A DNA stretch of 36,512 nucleotides from Methanomicrobiales archaeon (GCA_037137755.1 JBAXJR010000025.1:1-36512); one strand, 5' to 3'. Positions 9,481 through 18,780 are shown, counted from the first letter of the stretch. A program made the numbers and translations. The notes: generated by a model from the letters alone, not told the origin.

Positions 9481-10611
9481 TTACCCAACCGCACACGCCT
9501 CCGCCACCTTTACCGCTGCGTACCGCAATGCAATCCCTTTCGTCCTGCCGTTGCCGGCCATCTGGCAGAACTCGATAAGCCGCATATCATCGAATTTCCG
9601 GAGCTTCTCAAACAGCCCGGAGATACTGATCTTCATCGAGAGGTTCACGTAATTAAAAACCACCATCATCGTGTCGATTTTCCCTATCTCAAGGGAAAGG
9701 GCTGCGATATGGCCGAGCAACTCACGCTCTTCAGTGCTCAGGGCCCTGATGGCGGCCATCATATGCACGTACCGGGAGACCTTAAACGATGCTTTAATAT
9801 CTTCCTCGGTGACCGAACTCCGTCCATCCCGTTCGGCAGCCATCACGCTTCTCTTTACAAGGTCAAGCCCTACCCGCATATCTCCGCTCCGCATGGTGTG
9901 GTCGATCAGAAACGTGAACATCTCGTCAGTGAGGACACCCGGGAAGAGCCCGGCCTTGATCCGGTCGTTGAGGATCTCCCTGATCTCCATCTCTGTATAA
10001 GGTGGAAAATACACTTGATCTGGCTGGAGGACTGAGAGAACCGCGGCGTCAAGGGCCCGCTCCAGGTCCACATCCATCGTTGACATCGGCAGAAGGACCC
10101 CGACCCTCGCCTTCGGATGTGCCACGTAAAGTCGGAGCAGAATAAAGAGAATATCGTTGAGGTGATTTCCCGGCAGGAGATAGTTGGCATCGTCAAAACA
10201 GACGAGAAGGACGGCCTCTTTCTCGTTCAGAGTCTTACCGATATCCTCGACAACCCGCTGTACTGATGCACCTTTCGCCGGCGGCTGGTGTTTGTGGAGT
10301 GCACAGTAAATTTTAGAAAAAACTGCATACTTCGACCGGTCTGTCTGGCAATTGACATACACCGGGATGAGCCGCTGGGTAGTCTCGGTAATCTCGGAAA
10401 AGATCCTCATGACCGCTGTTGTCTTCCCTGTCCCCGGGAGGCCCCGGAGTACCTGGTTCAAGGGGCGGTTGCCAATAAGTCCCGGCTGGATAGCGTAGGC
10501 GATATCTTTGATCTGTGCCTCACGGAAATTGAATATCTCGGGGACGAAATCGATTTCGAAGGCGTCCCGGTTACGGAAAAGGGTCTCTTCCAGGTTGAGG
10601 TAGTGTTTCAT
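9481..10611 (-). CDS. cdc6: Orc1/Cdc6-type replication initiator paralog
   Basis: Walker A GLPGTGKTT, YVNC, Walker B variant CFDDANYL, FPPYT, sensor II GDMR and C-terminal winged helix. Confidence 0.92.
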   Translation of the reverse strand: MKHYLNLEETLFRNRDAFEIDFVPEIFNFREAQIKDIAYAIQPGLIGNRPLNQVLRGLPGTGKTTAVMRIFSEITETTQRLIPVYVNCQTDRSKYAVFSKIYCALHKHQPPAKGASVQRVVEDIGKTLNEKEAVLLVCFDDANYLLPGNHLNDILFILLRLYVAHPKARVGVLLPMSTMDVDLERALDAAVLSVLQPDQVYFPPYTEMEIREILNDRIKAGLFPGVLTDEMFTFLIDHTMRSGDMRVGLDLVKRSVMAAERDGRSSVTEEDIKASFKVSRYVHMMAAIRALSTEERELLGHIAALSLEIGKIDTMMVVFNYVNLSMKISISGLFEKLRKFDDMRLIEFCQMAGNGRTKGIALRYAAVKVAEACAVG

Positions 10612-10793
10612 AGGACACGATCATATCACCGGTCGCTATTTAGAGTTGGAGCGGACGTGGTTTGAAAGTGAATTCGATATAAGAAGCTTGTTACTCAGTG
10701 CTTTTGCCGTGCAATCGTTGTAAAATATTTATTTTTCCCCCATGGCCCCCGATACCGTCACGCTCTTTAATTTCATCGGTAAATACGAACGTA

Positions 10794-11015
10794 ATGATGG
10801 AGAGTATCACGGTCCCGCTCTGGGCGGCCCTCCAGGTGGCCAGGTGGAGAAAACGGGCAATTCCGAGGTGGAAACGGTGGCGTTTACAGAATCCCGAAAA
10901 GGATAAAGAGCAAAGGAAGGCCTATTATTGGCGGAATCGGGATAAAATCGCTGTAAATAGCAGGATTCGTTACCAGAGGAGAAAGGAGGCTAATCCGGGC
11001 GATTTAGACGAATAA
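10794..11015 (+). CDS. Small highly basic Arg/Lys/Trp-rich protein divergent from cdc6
   Basis: 73 aa from ATG 10794; 9 of 19 differences against the copy at 34441-34595 are synonymous in this frame, supporting coding constraint. Confidence 0.65.
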   Translation: MMESITVPLWAALQVARWRKRAIPRWKRWRLQNPEKDKEQRKAYYWRNRDKIAVNSRIRYQRRKEANPGDLDE

Positions 11016-11201
11016 TAAGAAGGTTTATGATGTAGGTGGGTAAGGTTGGTTCAATGAATATCAGGGTTTAAGATAAAAAGGGGCTAAAATGGGCGTTTTT
11101 ATACGAATACTGTCTAACTACCATATTTCCATTATCTTACCCCTTTTATCCACCGGAGGGGAGAAAATATACCTGAAAAATTTAAAATCAGCACCTAGGA
11201 A

Positions 11202-11229
11202 AATATAGGTGCCTATATATAGCCTATAG
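11202..11229 (-). promoter_or_regulatory. Candidate Pho-box operator (CTATAG-N16-TATATT, reverse orientation)
   Basis: AATATA-N16-CTATAG 46 nt upstream of the AbrB-PhoU gene; overlaps the inverted repeat GCACCTA-N8-TAGGTGC (11191-11212). Confidence 0.65.
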
Positions 11230-11275
11230 GGGAATAAAGTTTTAGAACAATCAGAATGGATGGGCTGAATCAGAT

Positions 11276-12286
11276 ATGGATATCAGAAAGGTGCAGGTAA
11301 CCGGGGGTTCTTCATACATTATCACGCTCCCAAAGGAATGGATCGAGAAATTACACGTTCAGAAGAATGATCCTCTTGGTCTGATTTCACAGCCGGACGG
11401 GACACTACTTGTCACTAAAAATATCAGCGATGCACAGGTGCAATCAGTCAAGGAATTTGACGTCACCTCGATCAATGATCCGGCTTATCTTTTCAGGCTC
11501 CTGATCGGGGCATATATTGCCGGGTTCACCACGATAAGGATTAAAGCAAAGCACCGGTTCTCACCGTTCGTCCGGCAGGTCGTCCGTGATTTCGCCCAGA
11601 TGACCATCGGTCCCGAAGTCATTGAAGAGACGGATTCCACGATGGTGTTAAAGGACCTCTTAAACCCGATGGAGATGCCGTTTGACAATACGCTCAAGCG
11701 GATGTTTGTGGTTGTAAAAAACATGCAGCTCGATGCCGTTGTGGCTATCGAGACAAACAACCCCACTCTTGCCGATGACGTCATTGCACGGGACAACGAT
11801 GTCGACAGGCTCCACTGGCTGATTGCCCGCCAGATGAACGTGATCCTGAAAAACGTCAATTTGTCGAGGAAGATGAACCTCTCCACATCACTCGTGGTGA
11901 ATACCTACCTGATCAGCAGGATTGTCGAACGGATCGGGGACCACGCGGTCAGGATGGCCGAAAATATGAAAAGGATCACCGATGAGGATATCGGAAAGAA
12001 TACAAAGAAGGCAATACGTACTGCAAATACCATTGCTCTTGCAATTTTCGATAAAAGTATCGTCTCGTTTTTCCAGTCCGATATTGTAGCTTCGCACCAG
12101 AATATCGAGTCAATCACGGAACTTGAGGCAGCGTGTGAACAAATCAACGCCCTTTCTATGGAGATGGGCACCCCGCTCGCAATATCACTTCACTACATAG
12201 CAGAGAGCATTCGGAGGTCCGGGGAGTACGCCGGTGACATATCGGAGACGGTTATCAATTACCTTGTGGAAGAACAGGGTATATAA
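11276..12286 (+). CDS. phoU: Archaeal phosphate uptake regulator (AbrB/SpoVT DNA-binding domain plus two PhoU domains)
   Basis: RKVQVTGGSSYIITLPKEW AbrB N-terminus; RDNDVDRL, VERIGDHA and ESIRRSGEYAGDI PhoU motifs. Confidence 0.93.
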   Translation: MDIRKVQVTGGSSYIITLPKEWIEKLHVQKNDPLGLISQPDGTLLVTKNISDAQVQSVKEFDVTSINDPAYLFRLLIGAYIAGFTTIRIKAKHRFSPFVRQVVRDFAQMTIGPEVIEETDSTMVLKDLLNPMEMPFDNTLKRMFVVVKNMQLDAVVAIETNNPTLADDVIARDNDVDRLHWLIARQMNVILKNVNLSRKMNLSTSLVVNTYLISRIVERIGDHAVRMAENMKRITDEDIGKNTKKAIRTANTIALAIFDKSIVSFFQSDIVASHQNIESITELEAACEQINALSMEMGTPLAISLHYIAESIRRSGEYAGDISETVINYLVEEQGI

Positions 12287-12447
12287 TCCCCATTTCCTTT
12301 TTTTGCGTAGTGCTAACATCGTGCGCGTGAGCCCTTCATAACCTCATAATCGCTTTTTTCGTGGATAACTGCGGAAAATCCTTCATTACCAAGTCATCTG
12401 ATTAAAAATAATTCGGGAAAAAACATATACCGGAAATTTGTATCAAT

Positions 12448-12481
12448 CTATAAAATATATAGTTAATATATAGTAATGTAG
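12448..12481. promoter_or_regulatory. Degenerate Pho-box-like site
   Basis: TATATAG repeated at 11-bp spacing (12456, 12467); reads CTACAT-N16-TATATT on the minus strand. Confidence 0.45.
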
Positions 12482-12544
12482 GTAAATACATAACTTATCC
12501 GGGTGATCTCATTATAGCAGTGCGGGATCACCGAGTGACAGACT

Positions 12545-14158
12545 ATGAAACATACGGACGAAGGGCCGGCCGGGATATTGGAATTTGGTACCCGGCAGGA
12601 GTTCTGGTTTTCTGAAAGCAAGAAATCTGTCCAGACCGGGGATTATACTGGTTCAGTTCAGAAAATTGACAAGGCAATTGCTGCATCTCCCAAAAAGCCC
12701 GAACCATGGCTGCTCAAAGGATATGTTACCTACCACCTCGGCCGTTTTGATGAGGCAGTCCAGTTGTTCGACCACGTCCTGAAACTTGATCCAGGGTTCA
12801 CGAAGGCGCTGTTGTTACGAGGGCTTGCATATATCGCGTTACACCGGTATGAAGAAGCAGTCGGGTCGTGCGACCGGGCACTTATCGGGAACCCTGAAAA
12901 TTCAGAGGGGTGGTATATCCGCGGCCTTGCTTTGAGCAGGCTGGGACTCTACGAAGCCTCAATCCAATGTTACAACCGTGCAATTCTTTTAGCGCCCGGA
13001 TATTCTGACGCATTATACGGGAAAAAACAGGCCGAGAAAAATTATCTGCGGCAGAGAGAGACGTTGGATGAAATATACCGCGACCTGGAACAAGACCCGC
13101 GGAATGTCAAGATCTTAAACCGGATGGGGAAAATACTTGCCACGGTAGGCAGGTTCGAGGAATCACTTGCGATCTATTCCAGGGCTAGGGAAATCGATCC
13201 TGGAAACAGGGATGCTATTCGTGGTTATGATAGTACAGAAAAAAATTCCCAACGATGGGCGGGTCTGCTTATAGAAAATAACAGGGAGGAAAAATATACA
13301 CCTGATACAACACTTGCCGCAGGTGAGGATCGTCCCGTTGAAGCCAGGTCAGATGTCCCACATAATGAAGTATCATGGAACACTGCAGGTATAACTCATA
13401 AGGAACCATGTGCGGCTGCCAGTCCTGCGGTCGAAAACGATGCTGGTGAAACACAATGCCAGATCCAGGCTAGTTTACCAGGTGAGGATATCCAACTATC
13501 TTCTGAATTCTCTATTGAATCTGCATTGGAACTTTCAGGGGACGGGGAATTCCTGGCCGCCATCGAAATGCTGAAACAAATTGTTATTTCCCGCCCGGAT
13601 GACCGGGAACCCGTTATCGCCCTTGCAACAGCGTACGAAACTGCCGGGATGTATTCCGATGCATTATCTGCCTGTGACCGGGCATTACAGATTGATCCGC
13701 AAAATGCTGTATTATGGGGGAAAAGAGGGAAAATGCTCATGAAGACTGGCAGGTTTGAATCCGCCGATGCTGCGTACAGCATGTCTCTTGGCATCAATTC
13801 CGAAGATGCAGGTATTCTCGCTGAACGCGGAGATCTGTTCAGAAAACTCGGGCAATATCCGGAGGCAGAGCAGTCCTATATCAGATCGCTTGAACTTAAG
13901 CCTGACGTTTCCCGGGTTTGGTATCACCGTGGGAAAACCCTTGCCATGCTGAAACGTTACCAGGAGGCAATCGAGGCCTGCGAAATTGCAATTTCCCTTG
14001 ATTATAATTACATTGAGGCCATGACGTACAAAGGATTTCTCCTCTCAAAAATCCAGAGATACCATGATGCGCTGGATGTGTTTGACACCGTGCTGCGTAT
14101 AGATCCCCAATGCAGGGATGCGCAGCGGATCCGCCAGTCCCTTAAAGGGAAGGTGTAA
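12545..14158 (+). CDS. Tetratricopeptide repeat protein
   Basis: Two TPR arrays (W..KG..L..LGR..EA...D.AL..DP) separated by an acidic low-complexity linker. Confidence 0.92.
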   Translation: MKHTDEGPAGILEFGTRQEFWFSESKKSVQTGDYTGSVQKIDKAIAASPKKPEPWLLKGYVTYHLGRFDEAVQLFDHVLKLDPGFTKALLLRGLAYIALHRYEEAVGSCDRALIGNPENSEGWYIRGLALSRLGLYEASIQCYNRAILLAPGYSDALYGKKQAEKNYLRQRETLDEIYRDLEQDPRNVKILNRMGKILATVGRFEESLAIYSRAREIDPGNRDAIRGYDSTEKNSQRWAGLLIENNREEKYTPDTTLAAGEDRPVEARSDVPHNEVSWNTAGITHKEPCAAASPAVENDAGETQCQIQASLPGEDIQLSSEFSIESALELSGDGEFLAAIEMLKQIVISRPDDREPVIALATAYETAGMYSDALSACDRALQIDPQNAVLWGKRGKMLMKTGRFESADAAYSMSLGINSEDAGILAERGDLFRKLGQYPEAEQSYIRSLELKPDVSRVWYHRGKTLAMLKRYQEAIEACEIAISLDYNYIEAMTYKGFLLSKIQRYHDALDVFDTVLRIDPQCRDAQRIRQSLKGKV

Positions 14159-14159
14159 A

Positions 14160-14507
14160 TTGATCAAATCGATTCTTTCAGAGCTCCTTGAAATCCAGGG
14201 AGTCAATATCGCTGCAGTTGTCAGCAGGGATGGTTTTGTTATCGAAAGCACGGCCCTTGGCAAGGTCGATATCGATGCACTTGGGGCAATGACCTCCACC
14301 GGGATACGATATTACGAAATCCTTGGCTACGAGCTCAAAAAAGGAGGGGTCAGGCAGGTGGTGCTCGACCTCAACAAAGGCACGATTATCCTGATCCCTA
14401 TCTCAAACGAAGTATTTATGGCGATCATCACCGATCCAAAGGCAAATACCGGTTTCATCACCCATGAATCGGGAAAAACAAGGGGACGCCTGATGGCTGC
14501 AATGTGA
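14160..14507 (+). CDS. Roadblock/LC7 (MglB-like) protein
   Basis: GVNIAAVVSRDGFVIES, DALGAM and ANTG; TTG start 1 nt after the TPR stop with AGGTG upstream. Confidence 0.88.
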   Translation: MIKSILSELLEIQGVNIAAVVSRDGFVIESTALGKVDIDALGAMTSTGIRYYEILGYELKKGGVRQVVLDLNKGTIILIPISNEVFMAIITDPKANTGFITHESGKTRGRLMAAM

Positions 14508-14510
14508 ACC

Positions 14511-14774
14511 ATGAGACCATTCATCACATTTTTTGGGTTAGTTCTGGTCGTCCCGGGATGGACCCTTCTATCGATAGATCCTTCCGATATCATCAATCCA
14601 CATTTTTCCACCCCTTCCGGATCATTGTTATGGGAATTAATGGGTACTCCACATGATATAGGGCAAATTCATCTCTATGGCCTTGCGGTCATCATGCTTG
14701 GCATAATCATCGCGTTGTACGGTCTGTTAACAACACCCGGTGAAGAAGACAACAGTTCATCGTTAGTAATGTAG
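14511..14774 (+). CDS. Small membrane protein with two TM helices
   Basis: Starts 3 nt after the roadblock stop; two hydrophobic helices. Confidence 0.7.
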   Translation: MRPFITFFGLVLVVPGWTLLSIDPSDIINPHFSTPSGSLLWELMGTPHDIGQIHLYGLAVIMLGIIIALYGLLTTPGEEDNSSSLVM

Positions 14775-15410
14775 AGGCGCAGAAGTAATTTTCATACATC
14801 CCGTTGTATCAAACGAGGGCCTTTGCATGTTTGTGAGGAATTCCCGGGGACCGTCAAACCGGTCCATATTCATAAAACACCCTCCGAGTTCAGGAGGTGA
14901 ATGTGCGTCGGAACCTACAGAGATGGGTTTTTTATGAATTATTGCATATTCACTGGCCATCTGGTTCTCCCCGGCTTTCATCCTCTTCCCGTTATACCCT
15001 TCGATGATATCGACACGTTCAATGATCGAATCGAGGACGGCCAGACCCATCGCCGTACAACGCATCGAGGAGAAGGGATGGGGAACTATCGAGAGGGCTC
15101 CCTGACCGCGGATCCTGTCAAGAGTCTCGGCCGCTGTAAGGGACGGGGAAATTTCCTCAGTAAGGAACAGGCCGATGATCTCTCCTTCGGAGGTCAGGAT
15201 CTCTTCAGCAAGGATCAGGGGGATATCCCGGTCAGTTTTCCTGATCTTCCTGAACACCTCCACAGAGCCGTCGATAGTATCGTGATCGCACACGATGGAT
15301 AGGATTCCCCTGTTTTCCCACAACCTGACAATATCCATGATATCGTTTGTGGAGTCACTGGAATGGTTGGAATGCACGTGCATGTCACATTTCAGAAGGC
15401 CGTTATCCAC
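14763..15410 (-). CDS. PHP-family metal-dependent phosphoesterase
   Basis: DMHVHS, CDHD, AEEI, PHPF, IEGYN and GSDAH motifs. Confidence 0.92.
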   Translation of the reverse strand: MDNGLLKCDMHVHSNHSSDSTNDIMDIVRLWENRGILSIVCDHDTIDGSVEVFRKIRKTDRDIPLILAEEILTSEGEIIGLFLTEEISPSLTAAETLDRIRGQGALSIVPHPFSSMRCTAMGLAVLDSIIERVDIIEGYNGKRMKAGENQMASEYAIIHKKPISVGSDAHSPPELGGCFMNMDRFDGPREFLTNMQRPSFDTTGCMKITSAPLHY

Positions 15411-15507
15411 TAAAAGTTCCTCCGGTACATTACAATATCATCATGGCTGCAACACGAGATACTGCTACAATTTACTCTGTCAATGGGGATCATTCGTAGT
15501 CGCAACC

Positions 15508-15993
15508 TCACCGGTCTTCCTGTGAAGATTGTATTTTTTCAGCAAACACCGCAAGAATTGGATCGCATTGCTTTGCATCCACATCTTTTTCGACTGTGAC
15601 TGCAGAAGCAACAAATTCCATTTCTTTATCTTCCAGTATCTTTTTCACCTTCTCTATGACACCGTCCGCCCCGGATCCGCCCATTTCCACGAGTACCGAG
15701 AACTTTTTTCCTTCACAGTTTTTAAGTTCTGACAGGTATTGCCTGGTATATGGAGGGAGATTATGCGACCAGACCGGGGTTGCAATTACAAGGTGATCGA
15801 TGGTTTTCATATCAACATTGGCAGGCTTTATTGTACTTTTCAACCCAAATAACGCCGTTATTCCCCCTACTAACGGTCTCGTGCCACTCAGCGGTACAAT
15901 CTCAAAAAAGGAGGCATCCAGTTTTTTTGCCAGGTCGTGTGCAACAGTCCAGGTATGCCCTTTCCACGAATAACATGCGATTACAATTTTCAT
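15508..15993 (-). CDS. Flavodoxin-family protein
   Basis: YSWKGHT FMN-phosphate loop, IATPVW and EMGGSG. Confidence 0.88.
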   Translation of the reverse strand: MKIVIACYSWKGHTWTVAHDLAKKLDASFFEIVPLSGTRPLVGGITALFGLKSTIKPANVDMKTIDHLVIATPVWSHNLPPYTRQYLSELKNCEGKKFSVLVEMGGSGADGVIEKVKKILEDKEMEFVASAVTVEKDVDAKQCDPILAVFAEKIQSSQEDR

Positions 15994-16002
15994 GTAAATT
16001 CC

Positions 16003-16497
16003 TCAGTTTTCTTGTTCCTCTGCCAGGATAGCATCTTTCCCGAAGTCCCAGGGTAAGGCCATCTTTCTCGAAGGACTGAATTCCGCCCATGGAATGGCCT
16101 GTACTCCCGCCCCTTCGGGCTGATCCGCAGAAGTGTGGAAAATCTCTCCAAGGGAGATATGAATTTTCACTGGTTTTAAGCGGTGTTCCGAATGTGCCCA
16201 TCCGGGAACTCTTGCAGGTTTCGCCCGCGTACATGTTGAACAGATATTCTGGTGACATTTTTCACACAGTGTGACCAGGTTATCCAGTTCATTTCCCCCG
16301 CCCGTCCCCCTGGGCCAGAAATGGTGAACCGTGAGGAGGTCTGTTGAAGAACACATGCGACAGAAACCGTCCCGGCGAATCGCAGCACGGCGTGCTTCTG
16401 ACCATTTGAGGGGTTTTTCCTTCTGGATATTCACAGGAAACATGGCTGATTTAACATTAACAACCGGGTTGTTGGGCAATGTTTCAAATGGGCTCAT
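16003..16497 (-). CDS. HNH endonuclease domain protein
   Basis: W...R.A..RRDG.CRMC...TVHH..P...GG.N..DNLVTLCEKCH, plus an extra CxxC. Confidence 0.85.
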   Translation of the reverse strand: MSPFETLPNNPVVNVKSAMFPVNIQKEKPLKWSEARRAAIRRDGFCRMCSSTDLLTVHHFWPRGTGGGNELDNLVTLCEKCHQNICSTCTRAKPARVPGWAHSEHRLKPVKIHISLGEIFHTSADQPEGAGVQAIPWAEFSPSRKMALPWDFGKDAILAEEQEN

Positions 16498-16772
16498 TCA
16501 ATTGAAGATTGAAAACAATTGTAAATATATCTTTTCATTATAGAATATATATTGATATATACAATACGCGGTCACCGGCTCAGACTAATCATCATTGCAC
16601 TTCTCCTCAAAACCCATGCCTCTCTCATCATTGCCTTCCATCAATATCCCCACGATTCACTATGCAGGAATCCGGAGAACCTACGGAATTTGCATTGTTC
16701 TCTTTCCTGCTATTATTTTCGCCATTCATGATTATAGGTTGCATCGTTGACCATCCACCCAGTCTCGTCCTG

Positions 16773-17003
16773 TCAACCATCCGGGTCTGGCAGAAATTTT
16801 TCTGCATGTAGTACCAGGGCAACACCACCAAGGATTATACCGTTCACAATGACCAGCTCCAGAATCAATGGAAATAAGGGAGTCATGGGAATGGGACCCA
16901 TCGCGGGTACCAGCAGAAACGGTAATACAAATAAACCTAAGATTACTATCGCCCCTCCGGTATACCTCAACAAATTTACCAGGAAGATAGAGAGGACATT
17001 CAC
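16773..17003 (-). CDS. Small membrane protein with two TM helices
   Basis: 76 aa, strongly hydrophobic; AT-rich motif-bearing DNA directly upstream. Confidence 0.6.
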   Translation of the reverse strand: MNVLSIFLVNLLRYTGGAIVILGLFVLPFLLVPAMGPIPMTPLFPLILELVIVNGIILGGVALVLHAEKFLPDPDG

Positions 17004-17187
17004 AGTGTCTCTTAATCACTTTCGAAATATATTTTTATTCGCAATAGACTATTGAGATATATATAATCATATGGATTTTTTTAACGAGTTCGCGATACAC
17101 GACAGTAATTTTTTGGGTCCTGCCACCATTGAACCCATGGTCACTGCCTGCAATGTTCGTGTTCCTGTTCGATCGCCCTTGTATCGT

Positions 17188-17565
17188 CTACACCAGTAAG
17201 GGGCACATTTTTTGTAATGAAGGATCAATAATGTCAAGATTATAGCATACATCAGAGAACGAGGTCCCCGTGATCCGTATGTATGTTTCTATAAGATCAA
17301 TTGCATTGTGCGGGTGATCCATTTTTAATTGTAACCACCATTCGCCATTTTCAAACGTGGTTTTTATTATCTCCTGGTTTTGATTTCTGTCGGGCACCCC
17401 AGACAGATTCGCTTCTGCAACTTGGTCCGCCCTGCCATGTTCCACTTTTCCAAAATGGTACAGCGTGGACTCTTGTGGTCGTGATTTCGTTTTCTTCTGG
17501 TTCCCTGTCCCTCTCATCCTGATTAGACATGGCCTGATGATATCTTTTGTCACACATTGTGGCAT
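17188..17565 (-). CDS. Hypothetical protein, start uncertain
   Basis: 125 aa ORF with TATA-like TATATATA about 20-28 nt upstream; no recognisable domain. Confidence 0.5.
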   Translation of the reverse strand: MPQCVTKDIIRPCLIRMRGTGNQKKTKSRPQESTLYHFGKVEHGRADQVAEANLSGVPDRNQNQEIIKTTFENGEWWLQLKMDHPHNAIDLIETYIRITGTSFSDVCYNLDIIDPSLQKMCPLLV

Positions 17566-17588
17566 ACATTATTCTTGGGCTCACGTAT

Positions 17589-17616
17589 ATATAGAATTCC
17601 TACATTAAACTATATT
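17589..17616 (+). promoter_or_regulatory. Pho-box-like site with one mismatch
   Basis: ATATAG-AATTCCTACATTAAAC-TATATT, same 16-nt spacer. Confidence 0.5.
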
Positions 17617-18329
17617 AATACCAATAATTTATAGTAACTATATATTATCTGATAGTGAAGTACGGGAGCATACAACGGTGACCAGAAAAAAGAGCTCCTG
17701 ATTTATAAAGTCCCGAAGGGTGCCTACACCAGGTAGGTATTGGCCAGGTGTGCAATGGGGTATCTTAGTTACTGGTTTTTAGTCACCGATGTGACGCCTG
17801 CGTCCTGAACCATCCACTTGATTTTAATTAATAAATAAAACCCCTGCTCCGTGAGAAGAAGGGGGTTCAGGAATAATTCCCTATTTCGAACCAGAAGTGC
17901 AGAATAGCCGCGCCGGTCACGGAGTTGCATGCAAGTGAAAACCATATAGTTTTGCTGCCAGATCTCTATAATTTCCTCAAAATATTGATTGACCGTGGCT
18001 GTGATCCAAAATATTATTTCCACGGTTTTTCGAGATCGGGCAAGGTATGGAAGAGTACAATCACAATATTTACTACCTGATGAACTGAGTACCAGTTGAT
18101 AAGAGATGCCACTTGTTGAGGAAATACCAAAGGACTTGAGGGATACATCGCCCCATGCAGAGGTTATTGAAATTATCATGCCCCATAAAGAATGGCGCAC
18201 GCAAAAGCGGGTCCCTGGGAACCACCCGTACCGGAGAAAAATTTAACTCCTTTTTACCACCCGGCAATCCTGAACCAGGAGACATTAGTTTTTTTATCCA
18301 GGTATGTTCTGATCCGGGAGGATTTGGGT

Positions 18330-18580
18330 TCATTTTTATTAATTGCCAGTTTAATGGAGACTTTCCGGGCTACATCTGTAAATGGTTTCAGGATATAGCC
18401 ATCCGACCTGATTTCCTTCATGTTCCGGAGAACTGAATCCTCCATTGCCATCTAAAGAAAAATTATCGGTACTCCTGATCTTGCCAGTATCTGTTTTGCC
18501 AGGAATCTGTTATCAGTTTTTACACGGAGGGAGATCTCGGTAATTATACAATATGCTGGTTTGAATCCGAGCAACTTTTT
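18330..18580 (-). pseudogene. Degenerate response-regulator receiver fragment
   Basis: Minus strand FKPAYCIITEISLRVKTD...AKQILARSGVPIIFL*MAMEDSVLRNMKEIRSDGYILKPF...SIKLAI; in-frame TAG at 18452-18454; no N-terminus; phosphoacceptor Asp position is Glu. Confidence 0.72.
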
Positions 18581-18585
18581 AAAAA

Positions 18586-18613
18586 CTATAGGGTGAATAG
18601 AGATCAATATATT
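18586..18613 (+). promoter_or_regulatory. Candidate Pho-box operator
   Basis: Exact CTATAG-GGTGAATAGAGATCAA-TATATT. Confidence 0.6.
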
Positions 18614-18780
18614 ATAAAATCAATAAATACATATTTCTCATCGATCCAGATAGGTATGGAGTTCCACAGAATGCGGGTACAACAAGCCAGGCCGGAATAT
18701 CTTGTAATCAGAAACGCAGGACATCCCCTTCATCTTCCGGCCTGCTCTTCTTTTATTTTCGGACTCCTTCAGGTGATGCC

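Noticed and set aside
10861-10876. TTCCGAGGTGGAAAC as an ORB element near cdc6
   Set aside because: Spacing differs from TCCAGTGGAAAC, there is no adjacent G-string or inverted partner, and it is explained by the codons for PRWK.
18077-18125. CTGATGA plus short stem as a hammerhead ribozyme
   Set aside because: Stem II is followed by TGATA rather than GAAA, and stems I and III are not evident.
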